Of a DNA stretch of 64,000 nucleotides, positions 53,510-62,646 are shown in pieces. Location of the stretch: sequence record OR437326.1. One strand, 5' to 3'. Each line of letters begins with the position of its first letter. Positions within the stretch are counted from its first letter, which is position 1. The translations under genes were made by a program, and so were the position numbers. Source of the DNA: Escherichia phage iGC_PHA_EC001. The notes beneath the pieces are model-generated. The model was not told the DNA's origin. It saw only the letters and a list, made by a program, of their open reading frames with translations, and ran no database searches.

Positions 53510-53530
53510 CTCGCTTCGGCGGGGTTTTTT
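53510..53530 (+). terminator. rho-independent terminator after tape-measure gene
   Basis: CTCGC TTCG GCGGG hairpin followed by GTTTTTT. Confidence 0.6.
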
Positions 53531-53558
53531 CGTTTCCCTTGACACGAAGTTTCTATAT
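53529..53558 (+). promoter_or_regulatory. sigma70-like promoter for baseplate operon
   Basis: TTGACA - 18 nt - TACAAT. Confidence 0.5.
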
Positions 53559-53568
53559 GTGTTACAAT

Positions 53569-53593
53569 AATCAATATGGGAAGATCTTGCATC
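53569..53593 (+). other. leader stem-loop between promoter and first baseplate gene
   Basis: GGAAGAT CTTGC ATCTTCC inverted repeat followed by TTTT, located in 5' UTR. Confidence 0.4.
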
Positions 53594-53627
53594 TTCCTTT
53601 TGGCATTATCATTACTACGAGGTTATC

Positions 53628-54329
53628 ATGGCAGCAATGACTCCACAACAGTCGGTGAGAGCCGTCTATAAGGCAGAACAGGAAATCAACTCTACCGAGA
53701 ATAAAAATACCTCGGCATCTACTGTAAAGGGTGATAATGGTTTCTGCATTTTAGCAAGTGTTTATAATAGTTCAAGTGATCAATACATTCAAAACTTTAA
53801 AGCAATTACTTTCGATTCAGTCCCTGAAATAGGTGTAACTCGTGAGGCAGATGTTACAAGTTTTCCAGTAGAATCAGGATCGGATGTAAGTGACCACGTT
53901 CAAATAAAAAACAACAGATTTAAACTTTCAGGTATAATTACCGAAACACCAATTCGGCTTATGCGAGATCAATTATACAGTGCAGGTGTAAATGGTGCAA
54001 GGATTTCTCAAGCAATAGAATATCTAGATCAAATATTTGAGTCAAGACAACCAATAGTTCTTTTGACAGAACACAGAACTTTTGAAAATGTTATCCTCAA
54101 AGGTTATTCGTATGATTATAAATCTGAATTTGCTATGCAATTTGATTTAGAGTTTGAACAAATCCGCCTCGTTTCTAAGGCCACTACTAACGCTATTGCT
54201 GTAAAAACAGCACCAAATAAGTCAACTGGTGGTGATGTGAAAGGTCAAGTTTCTTCGGATGGTCCTAAGTCAGATATTACAGTAAGAACTGGCAAAGCTA
54301 CTAATACCCCAACAAACAACGGAGGTTAA
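53628..54329 (+). CDS. putative baseplate/tail protein
   Basis: 233 aa, first gene after tape measure; synteny only. Confidence 0.45.
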   Translation: MAAMTPQQSVRAVYKAEQEINSTENKNTSASTVKGDNGFCILASVYNSSSDQYIQNFKAITFDSVPEIGVTREADVTSFPVESGSDVSDHVQIKNNRFKLSGIITETPIRLMRDQLYSAGVNGARISQAIEYLDQIFESRQPIVLLTEHRTFENVILKGYSYDYKSEFAMQFDLEFEQIRLVSKATTNAIAVKTAPNKSTGGDVKGQVSSDGPKSDITVRTGKATNTPTNNGG

Positions 54330-54331
54330 TA

Positions 54332-54745
54332 GTGACAACTTATTCTAAAACAACAAGGTCTACAAGTAACACTGGCTACAGTGCAGTTTATCTGGAGGAC
54401 CATTCTACTTATTTTGCATGGTACCTGAAAACTGAAGAGTATCCTGATCAAACATATACAGTTACATTGGATGGAGTTGATTATGACATTCGTTTAAGGT
54501 GGAACACTAGGGACGAGTCTTGGCAATGTCAGATTGGATTATCTGGAGATGATCCAAGTATAAGTTTCAAAGTTACAAATGGTTTAGATCTTCTTAAACC
54601 TTATAAATATCTTGAAAGTGTGCCAGATGGTCAATTGTATATAGTAGATACAGTCAAGATTAATGGTCGTCCTGGGTATACAACTACAGGTCGAGATAAA
54701 CGTTTTGTATTGGTTTATATTGATAACAAACCTAATCAGGCGTAA
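54332..54745 (+). CDS. putative baseplate/tail protein
   Basis: GTG start after GGAGGTTAATA; 137 aa. Confidence 0.45.
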   Translation: MTTYSKTTRSTSNTGYSAVYLEDHSTYFAWYLKTEEYPDQTYTVTLDGVDYDIRLRWNTRDESWQCQIGLSGDDPSISFKVTNGLDLLKPYKYLESVPDGQLYIVDTVKINGRPGYTTTGRDKRFVLVYIDNKPNQA

Positions 54746-54754
54746 GGAGATAAT

Positions 54755-55765
54755 ATGGCAGAAAGAGAGTATACAAAAGCTCCTGCCCCTAATTTAAACA
54801 GGGCATACAAATTATTAATTGGTTCTGCCACAAACACAATACAGAAGAGAACTAAGAACTCGGCATTTAAATCTACAGTAGATTTGGATACCAAGTTAGG
54901 GACAACAGAAAAATCCTCTTCTAATTTGTATTTGTTGCAAGACCATCAAATAACCTTCAGTATTAAGAAAGATAATAACAAAGATCCTAACCAAGCAGAG
55001 ATTGTAGTTTATAACCTTTCGGATGATACTGTTAACTATATAAACCGTGGTATCCGAAATAACTTGGCTGTTGCTTTAGCGGTAGGATACGAAGGTGAAG
55101 AGTTGGTTATGATCTTCAAAGGAACTATCCAGTGGGTTAGTGATACTTTTGACTCGGTAGACAGGAAAACCACTTTACACTGTTTGGATGGCGGTATTAA
55201 CATTGCAGAAGCAAGAACAAGCCGCAGTTATCCAAAAGGAACTAAAATCAAACGTGTTGTGACAGATTTGGTAAAGGATTTAGGAACTACAGAAGGTAAT
55301 ATACACGTAGATAATGATCAAACCTTATCTTCAGCAACAGCTATGTGTGGAAACACTTCACATTACCTAGAACATATTTGTAAAAGTATTGATCACAATG
55401 TGTCAATACAAGATGGGTCTGTTTATGTCACTCCTCGTTCACAAATGTCTAGTGCACGTAGCGCCTATATTAGCCCTGAAACTGGTCTGATAGGAAGTCC
55501 AGAACCATTCCACAACGATATAAAACCTACTAAAAAAGTTACCAAATCCTCTAAGAAGGCAAAGAAACCTACAGATGGTGTTAAATTCAAATGCCAAATG
55601 AATGGTGCAATATTACCAGAAAAAACAATCTGGTTAAAAAGCCGAGATTATGATGGTCCATTTAAAGTAGTTTCTGTTTCTCACAACGGAGATAAAGAAG
55701 GTAAAGAGTGGGTTACTGAAGTGGAATGTGTATCCGTGTCTGAAATAATGACTAAGGAGAAATAA
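54755..55765 (+). CDS. putative baseplate hub protein
   Basis: 336 aa upstream of spike-like gene; synteny only. Confidence 0.45.
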   Translation: MAEREYTKAPAPNLNRAYKLLIGSATNTIQKRTKNSAFKSTVDLDTKLGTTEKSSSNLYLLQDHQITFSIKKDNNKDPNQAEIVVYNLSDDTVNYINRGIRNNLAVALAVGYEGEELVMIFKGTIQWVSDTFDSVDRKTTLHCLDGGINIAEARTSRSYPKGTKIKRVVTDLVKDLGTTEGNIHVDNDQTLSSATAMCGNTSHYLEHICKSIDHNVSIQDGSVYVTPRSQMSSARSAYISPETGLIGSPEPFHNDIKPTKKVTKSSKKAKKPTDGVKFKCQMNGAILPEKTIWLKSRDYDGPFKVVSVSHNGDKEGKEWVTEVECVSVSEIMTKEK

Positions 55766-56499
55766 TGGATGCATTGAATTTTGTCACAGCAATGCGTGGC
55801 TTAATGACAGAACAATTAGCAGAAGTCCATACAGCCTTGCCAGTCCGTGTGACTGGCGTTAATTATGGTGCTAAAACTGTCACCTTAGAATCTATTGTTA
55901 AAAACACACGATCTAGTGAAGATGAAATAGATTATCCTACTTTTGAAGATGTTCCTTTTATGGTTAATGGTGGTGGGACAGGAAGAATCTCATTCCCTAT
56001 TAAAGCTGGCGATTTAGGAACTGTTATATTTTCTGAAAGAGATCCTTCTAATGCACTGCAAACTAGTGGAGAAACCTCTTCATCATCCACTTTTATGCAG
56101 CCTTGTGGATTATACCCTATTTGTTTTATTCCCAAAATAGCTACAGGAACAGATTCAACAGAAGCTGTAGATTCTGAAAAGGTAGTTATTTCTAATAACA
56201 AAAACACGTACGCTTCTTTCGACCCTACAGGTAATATTTCAATATGGAATAGTCAAGGGATGAAAATAGATATTACTACCTCTGGTATTACTATTACAGA
56301 TGGCACAGGGACTTTGGATCTAAAAGGTGGTAATTTAACTTTCAAAGGCGGCGTGGCAGATATCAATGGTCTTAAAATAGATCAGAACGGTTTGATGACA
56401 GATGGTAATGGCATCGGATTCCATACTCACACGCACACGGTTCGTAACATTCAGAGCGGTAGCTCAAGTGCCGAGTCCTTAAAACCAACAGGAGCCTAA
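55765..56499 (+). CDS. putative baseplate spike (gpV/gp5-like) with C-terminal HTHTHT motif
   Basis: C-terminal GIGFHTHTHTV resembles metal-binding HxH repeats at spike tips; precedes gpW/gp25-like gene. Confidence 0.5.
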   Translation: MDALNFVTAMRGLMTEQLAEVHTALPVRVTGVNYGAKTVTLESIVKNTRSSEDEIDYPTFEDVPFMVNGGGTGRISFPIKAGDLGTVIFSERDPSNALQTSGETSSSSTFMQPCGLYPICFIPKIATGTDSTEAVDSEKVVISNNKNTYASFDPTGNISIWNSQGMKIDITTSGITITDGTGTLDLKGGNLTFKGGVADINGLKIDQNGLMTDGNGIGFHTHTHTVRNIQSGSSSAESLKPTGA

Positions 56500-56500
56500 C

Positions 56501-57127
56501 ATGGGAATCCCTTTTGACTTAAAACTTGGACCAAACAACGACCTCATCATGGATGATGGGGATTTGGTCCTCACTACAACCAGAACAGAAATTGCAGCAC
56601 AAACTCTTGGGATAACTCTGAACACGTATCGTGGGGAGTGGTTTTTAAATACTAACTTCGGTGTTCCTTACTTACAAGAGATTATTGGTGTTGCCAGAAA
56701 GAAAGATATTGTAGACAGAATATTTTTAGCAGAGATTGCCAAAAACGTTTACATAGATACAATAAACAGTTATAAATCTGCTTATGACATGGACCAACGT
56801 TATTATTCAATGACAGTTATGGTCACAGTTGGAGCAGATACAGTAACATCTATATTCAATACTCAACCTTCTGAAGAGTTTATTTACCCTGAAGCTGGTG
56901 AAGACAATGCAGCGATCATTTGTGAAGCTTACAGTATTGTTGAGAATTCGAATAGACTTTATCGCTTTATCAACTTTGTTGGTTTGCCACGTGATACCTA
57001 CTCTACTTGGTGGAATGAATGGTCTACAGAGTCAGCAGTGGAAAGAATCATGGTTAACGAAAAAGGTGATGCATTAGCTACAAACAATGACTTCGGTATA
57101 ACAGCTATGACAGGAGTAGAAGAGTAA
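56501..57127 (+). CDS. baseplate wedge protein (GPW/gp25-like)
   Basis: N-terminal MGIPFDLKLGPNNDLIMDDGDLVLTTTRTEIAAQTLGITLNTYRGEWFLNTNFGVPY matches GPW/gp25 pattern. Confidence 0.55.
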   Translation: MGIPFDLKLGPNNDLIMDDGDLVLTTTRTEIAAQTLGITLNTYRGEWFLNTNFGVPYLQEIIGVARKKDIVDRIFLAEIAKNVYIDTINSYKSAYDMDQRYYSMTVMVTVGADTVTSIFNTQPSEEFIYPEAGEDNAAIICEAYSIVENSNRLYRFINFVGLPRDTYSTWWNEWSTESAVERIMVNEKGDALATNNDFGITAMTGVEE

Positions 57128-57600
57128 TGGCAGATTTAACTACGATCAAAATTTCTGATCTTACACAAACAACCTCTGTGTCTGATACAGATTTCTTTGT
57201 AACAGATCAGGCTGGAATAACAAAGAAAACTTCTTTGAAAGTGCTGTTGAGTGGTGCAGGGGTAACTAGAAACCGTCTGAATGCACGGGGAACAGTAACT
57301 AGCACCTTGGCATTAGATATTAGTTCAGCAGAATATTTTTCTGCAACTTTATCTTCTGCAACGTGCACAATTAGTTTTACTAATATTCCAGTAGCAACAA
57401 ATGCAGTTTTAAACTTTACTTTAGCTTTGCGTCAAGGAAGTGGTGCAAATAAAGTCGTATGGCCTTCTTCTGTAAAATGGAGTTTTGGTCGTTCCCCAGT
57501 TTTGAGTTATCGTCAAGGTGCAACAGACACTTTTGAGTTTATCAGTTATGATAATGGAGCAACTTGGACAGGTAGCTTAGTTTTAGCAGGAGTTATTTAA
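57127..57600 (+). CDS. putative baseplate/tail protein
   Basis: 157 aa, ATGA start/stop overlaps with neighbours. Confidence 0.45.
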   Translation: MADLTTIKISDLTQTTSVSDTDFFVTDQAGITKKTSLKVLLSGAGVTRNRLNARGTVTSTLALDISSAEYFSATLSSATCTISFTNIPVATNAVLNFTLALRQGSGANKVVWPSSVKWSFGRSPVLSYRQGATDTFEFISYDNGATWTGSLVLAGVI

Positions 57601-60476
57601 TGTCAAGAGTTAAGCACAATATTGACAACACGTTTCAGTTGATTGAAGGGTTGGTTCAGTTTTTGGAAAGAAATACTGGGCTTACCATAGATCCTACGGT
57701 TCAGCATTACATTATCAACCCACAAAACGTATTGGCGAACAACAGACACTTTATTAACTGGACAGCGCAGGAAGGGCAACCAAACGGTGACGCTACTACC
57801 GAAGGTCAATCTGTGCTTATCACTGGTTTTGCTTATGCATATTTGGCTACAGGGGATAAAAAATATCTTGAATCTGCCGAGAAGTATTGGCAAGCCTATA
57901 TAGATCACTTCTTCGGGGGCCAACCTATTCCTGATCCTCCAGCTAAATATCGTCCCAACTGGATCATCAATGGTAAAGAACCACGTTTAGCACATTACCC
58001 TCTCACAGATGATGGGTATCCTACGCACGGCGGGTTCAAAGGTAGCATGATGACTTGGATTAACGGAAGGACTGTTATTCCTAAAGGTGCGCCACATTGG
58101 GGAGAATACTTAGATAAAGCTTGGTTTGCTTTCAATGGTAATCTTGGTTGGAACTCTGTTAACGCAACAGTGTATGCAACTAACCCAGATGGTTCAACCA
58201 ACTGGAAAGAATATGGAGATCAGTGGGACGTTGAATGGATTATAGATCGTCTAGGACGTAAAGTTGATTGGGATGGTAATATTTTATCCACTGGGCATAG
58301 CTTTGCAGAATATGGAACAGTGCAACTTAAAAACGCTTCTGTGAACGGTGACTATAAATTCAACTACGCTACATGCAACCCTGTAGAACACGGTGGATAT
58401 CTGCTTAAGCGTAATGAGATGTGGCATAACCGTCCTGTAAACGTTCCGGTAGAGTTAGGTTATCAAGACAATGCTTCCGATGCTGAAACGTGGTGGTGTG
58501 ATGCAAACTACTTGATGTATCAGATCACAGGAGAGAGAAAATACTGGCTTTGCTGGCAATCTTCTTTATTGTTGTGTCAAGACTACTCAAACATCGATAT
58601 GTTTGATAAATTCTTCCGTAGATCTACGACAGCAATAATTCCTTTTACAGATGGTATCTCGTATGATTACTCATACCCATCTACAGCAATACCTAAATAT
58701 TCTCGTGACGAATTAGGATACACAGTAATTCGCCAAGATGTTTCAGCACAAACAACTCTAGAACAACAGGCAGTTTGGTTCAGAGTAGATCAGAATTCAA
58801 AACTGCGTATTGAGTTTCAAGGTGTAGATGATGCAGGGGAAGGTGTTCTTTTCCGTCCAGAGCTAGAATTAAGCAAAACTAAGAGTGAAACAGACACAGT
58901 GACATATCGTTGTGGCTTACCTCTTGGTGCAGCTAATATGACTAAGATGGATATACCTTTATCTAGTTTTATGCGCACCGAACCTCCTGGAGGTGGTGTA
59001 TATATTATTGCTGAACCCAGAATTATTGTTGACTGGGGAAGCAATACTGTGATACAATATAAATATGCAACTGGTATTGCTGGGACAAATAGTGATCAGA
59101 TAGTTTCTGCTAATATGGATTCAGATGGTGGTTTTACTGTTGGGTTTTGGTTAACACCAACTAAAACAGCCAATTTAAAATCTATTACGTATCGTTCATA
59201 CGCAGATGATTTTAACATCACTATTACGGATTCCGCAGGTTGGAGATGGTGGGCCATGTTAGAAAAAACAAATTCTGCATGGGTTACTAAAGCTTTAAGT
59301 CCTGCCGATTTCAAATTAAGTACTTGGCAACCTAATCACGAAGACACAGAGGCAAAACCTTCGTCAATAAACCTGACTGCTGTTGATCAGATCAATATTG
59401 CATTGGATTCTGAACCTGCAAATGGCTTGACAGGGGCAATCGACTTTTATTGCGTTAACGATATCCCATCTTTGTATTCTTCAGCCGCTGGCGATGATTA
59501 CACAATGTATTTCAGGGTTACAGTTTCATCTGAAAATCCTTATACAGCAAAACTTGGAGATTGTACAATACTGGACTACAAACTTGACAGTTTGAATTAT
59601 ACTCCAGGAATCATTCCATTTTCCAATATTAGTGATCCTAACACAGCATTATATGACGGTTGGCGTGGTATTCCTTACCCAGGTTATCAATACCCATCCT
59701 TATATTGTTTTAAAGGGAGAGATATTGACTGGGTTCGTATGAACAACAGTATAGACTTTTTATATGATTCACAAATGTGGTTTTATAATAAGTTTGCCCC
59801 TGTAATGCCTGGGCCAATGGCACAAGCTTATGTTTGGGATCGTTGGGATGCTCATAAATATGGAAACAAAAATGAGTTCACAATGTATCATTGGAACGAT
59901 AAAGCTTGGGATGGTTATGAAGCACGAGCATTCTTCTGTGCGTGTCATACGGTATACGAACTAAAGCGACGAGGAGCCGAAGTTCCTGAAAAACTTTTAA
60001 CAGTTTGTAAAAACTGGATCAACTACCTGAAGTGGTTCCAAGATAACAACGAAGGAAGAACACCAACAATATTTTATCCCAACGGAGAAGTGGCTGCGCC
60101 TGTAGATGACTTTACAAGTCACATGTCTGCGCTCTTTATGGCGGGATGTGCTATAATGGGGATGGCTGGATATGATTCAGAAATTCCTAACATTAAAATA
60201 GTAGCAGACCGCTGTTTTGAACTTATTCAGGAAAACTATATTGTTCTTGGTCCTAATCACGTTATGAATGGTTGTTGGAGTGCTGCTCCTAGACCAGACA
60301 GTGATAACGGAGTCTTCTTTGGCTTCCACGCTGGAGAGTTGTTACGTGGTTTTGGGTTGTATGCTTTATACAAAAAACTTAATCCCCAAAATGCATTACC
60401 TGTTTTGGATTCGAGCAATATTCCTGCACTTACTGTTTTGACAATGGCAAACATTAGTGTGGACGTTACCGAGTAA
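57600..60476 (+). CDS. large tail/baseplate structural protein (958 aa)
   Basis: long ORF in baseplate-fibre region; Trp/Tyr-rich, no motif assigned. Confidence 0.5.
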   Translation: MSRVKHNIDNTFQLIEGLVQFLERNTGLTIDPTVQHYIINPQNVLANNRHFINWTAQEGQPNGDATTEGQSVLITGFAYAYLATGDKKYLESAEKYWQAYIDHFFGGQPIPDPPAKYRPNWIINGKEPRLAHYPLTDDGYPTHGGFKGSMMTWINGRTVIPKGAPHWGEYLDKAWFAFNGNLGWNSVNATVYATNPDGSTNWKEYGDQWDVEWIIDRLGRKVDWDGNILSTGHSFAEYGTVQLKNASVNGDYKFNYATCNPVEHGGYLLKRNEMWHNRPVNVPVELGYQDNASDAETWWCDANYLMYQITGERKYWLCWQSSLLLCQDYSNIDMFDKFFRRSTTAIIPFTDGISYDYSYPSTAIPKYSRDELGYTVIRQDVSAQTTLEQQAVWFRVDQNSKLRIEFQGVDDAGEGVLFRPELELSKTKSETDTVTYRCGLPLGAANMTKMDIPLSSFMRTEPPGGGVYIIAEPRIIVDWGSNTVIQYKYATGIAGTNSDQIVSANMDSDGGFTVGFWLTPTKTANLKSITYRSYADDFNITITDSAGWRWWAMLEKTNSAWVTKALSPADFKLSTWQPNHEDTEAKPSSINLTAVDQINIALDSEPANGLTGAIDFYCVNDIPSLYSSAAGDDYTMYFRVTVSSENPYTAKLGDCTILDYKLDSLNYTPGIIPFSNISDPNTALYDGWRGIPYPGYQYPSLYCFKGRDIDWVRMNNSIDFLYDSQMWFYNKFAPVMPGPMAQAYVWDRWDAHKYGNKNEFTMYHWNDKAWDGYEARAFFCACHTVYELKRRGAEVPEKLLTVCKNWINYLKWFQDNNEGRTPTIFYPNGEVAAPVDDFTSHMSALFMAGCAIMGMAGYDSEIPNIKIVADRCFELIQENYIVLGPNHVMNGCWSAAPRPDSDNGVFFGFHAGELLRGFGLYALYKKLNPQNALPVLDSSNIPALTVLTMANISVDVTE

Positions 60477-60484
60477 GGGGTAAA

Positions 60485-62638
60485 ATGAAACAAGCTATAT
60501 TTACTGTCACGCGAGACAAGAGAGTAAATGCGAGTTCATTTAACTACACGACTGTTGACGGAACAGCAGTCGCTGGTAGAGATTATATTGCAAAATCGGG
60601 AACACTTGTGTTCCCTGATGATGCTGATTCTGCTACTATTGTGGTTGAAGTATTTGAACGACCAAAGAACTCAATAGATCTTAACTTCTCCCTCCAAGTT
60701 TCAGGGATTAGTCAAAATAACATGATGGTTGAAACAACCATCAATTGTATTATAACTACTATCCAAGAAAATACTACTCCAATAACTTGGACTACAAAAG
60801 ACGTTAAAATGTTCTCTCCTATGTATTGGACAATAGATTCTCAAGCAACGGAAAGTTGTTCTATTGTATCTCATGGAGGCTCTTTTACTGCAAGATTTGT
60901 AAACAGAACAACAGCAGGTTTGGCAGGGGTTATCTGGAGCACAGTTGACAAATATGACCATAAAGGTGTTGGGTATTTACCCCACACAGATTTAAGTTCA
61001 GAGAAACTTTGGTTTAAAATGGAAATTAGTCAAAACATGCCAGGTTTTAAAGAAGAACCTTTGGTGCCGACTTTGACTGTAACTCTCCTGGATAAAAGTG
61101 TTCATTATGTCAGTTTAGGATTCTATGCTTCAGATATTTCAGAAGATGGTAAAACAGCCACAATCAAGCTAGATTTTGGTAATATCTTTTCTGGCCCTAA
61201 TAATGATATTCCTTTGGATATGAGTGCCGTAGACAATATTTTCTTCTCTTTGATTACAGCAAGGTATGAAGAAATAGAGGAGATTGTACCTATTGATAGT
61301 CAAGAGGCTTGGTTTACTTTCACTCTTCTTGAACCTACTTCTGGTTACAGTATGATGAAAGTCAGCAACCTTGTCCAGCCTGAACATGATATTCGCATGT
61401 GCACATCTTATGATGATATGTATAACCTGACTCCAGAGAGAGTTATTTATAATACATATGCACTAGGTTATCGTGGGATGATTAACCATTATAACGGAAT
61501 GTCTCACTATTATGAGTTCTCATGGAATGGAACATCTTGGGCTTTAAATAAATCTGTTTTCCTGAATCCGGCTACAGAAGCTTGGCTTAACAGCTTCCAT
61601 TCTATAGCAAACGAGAAGGGCTACACAATAATGAACTCTTTAAGTTTTGAATTGATGAGCACAGTTTGTCCTGTAGAATGGGTCCAGCATGATTGGAACG
61701 ATGCTCTTGCAGCAACAGGGTATAAACCTCCTAGTTATGTGTTGTCTCCAACTATTGACGAAGGTATGGAATATTTGCAAAATGTTATTAATAAAATAGC
61801 ATCTATTTCGCAAGCTAATAATATTCCAGTTGTCATTCAAATTGGTGAGCCTTGGTGGTGGTATAATACAGCAAGTAAAATGCCTTGCATATATGATTAC
61901 ACTACCAAACTGGCATTCAACACAGAAACAGGTTTATTTGCACAAGATGCAGGAACAATAGATAATTATAAAACAGGAACGCCGTTTGACGAATACTATG
62001 CATTTTTGTCTCGTAAACTAGGATTAAGAGTTACAAAGTTTGCAACAGACACTAGAGCAACCTATCCAGGAGCTAAAGTAACATTGCTTCCGTTCTTACC
62101 GTCAATTATTGGCAACGGTTTGATGGAGAAAGTTAACTTTCCGTCTGATTACTACATTCCTGAAACTTTTGATTTTTACTGTTCAGAGTGTTACGACTGG
62201 CTTCTGGAAGGTAAAATGATGAAAGCATTCGATGCAATTACCATACCACATGAAAAATTAGGTTTTGAATATTCTGATATTCACTATCTTTCGGGTTTTG
62301 TTCCAGATGCTACTCTTGCACCTTTGTATGGCTTCGATCCTGAATCAAACTACCGCACGTATCTTTGGAAAATGATTATAGGTAATATAGTGTTGAACGC
62401 CAATAAGTTCAATGGGCTTACACAATATATATGGGCCTATCCTCAAATAATGCATGATTCCATCACGGTAGTTAATTCTCAATCCCAAGTTTTCTATATG
62501 GGTAATGTGCCTTTGAATTGTTATTTGCAAGATATCACTCTTAAACAAGCAAATGTTGAGATTGCTACCATAAGTGGAATTACATTAGCTACTAAATCTG
62601 GAGAAGATTTAGTAACAACACAAAAATTTTATATATAG
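60485..62638 (+). CDS. tail protein with N-terminal Calx-beta-like domain
   Basis: FNYTTVDGTAVAGRDYIAKSGTLVFPDDADSATIVVEVFE resembles Calx-beta consensus. Confidence 0.5.
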   Translation: MKQAIFTVTRDKRVNASSFNYTTVDGTAVAGRDYIAKSGTLVFPDDADSATIVVEVFERPKNSIDLNFSLQVSGISQNNMMVETTINCIITTIQENTTPITWTTKDVKMFSPMYWTIDSQATESCSIVSHGGSFTARFVNRTTAGLAGVIWSTVDKYDHKGVGYLPHTDLSSEKLWFKMEISQNMPGFKEEPLVPTLTVTLLDKSVHYVSLGFYASDISEDGKTATIKLDFGNIFSGPNNDIPLDMSAVDNIFFSLITARYEEIEEIVPIDSQEAWFTFTLLEPTSGYSMMKVSNLVQPEHDIRMCTSYDDMYNLTPERVIYNTYALGYRGMINHYNGMSHYYEFSWNGTSWALNKSVFLNPATEAWLNSFHSIANEKGYTIMNSLSFELMSTVCPVEWVQHDWNDALAATGYKPPSYVLSPTIDEGMEYLQNVINKIASISQANNIPVVIQIGEPWWWYNTASKMPCIYDYTTKLAFNTETGLFAQDAGTIDNYKTGTPFDEYYAFLSRKLGLRVTKFATDTRATYPGAKVTLLPFLPSIIGNGLMEKVNFPSDYYIPETFDFYCSECYDWLLEGKMMKAFDAITIPHEKLGFEYSDIHYLSGFVPDATLAPLYGFDPESNYRTYLWKMIIGNIVLNANKFNGLTQYIWAYPQIMHDSITVVNSQSQVFYMGNVPLNCYLQDITLKQANVEIATISGITLATKSGEDLVTTQKFYI

Positions 62639-62646
62639 GAGTAAAA

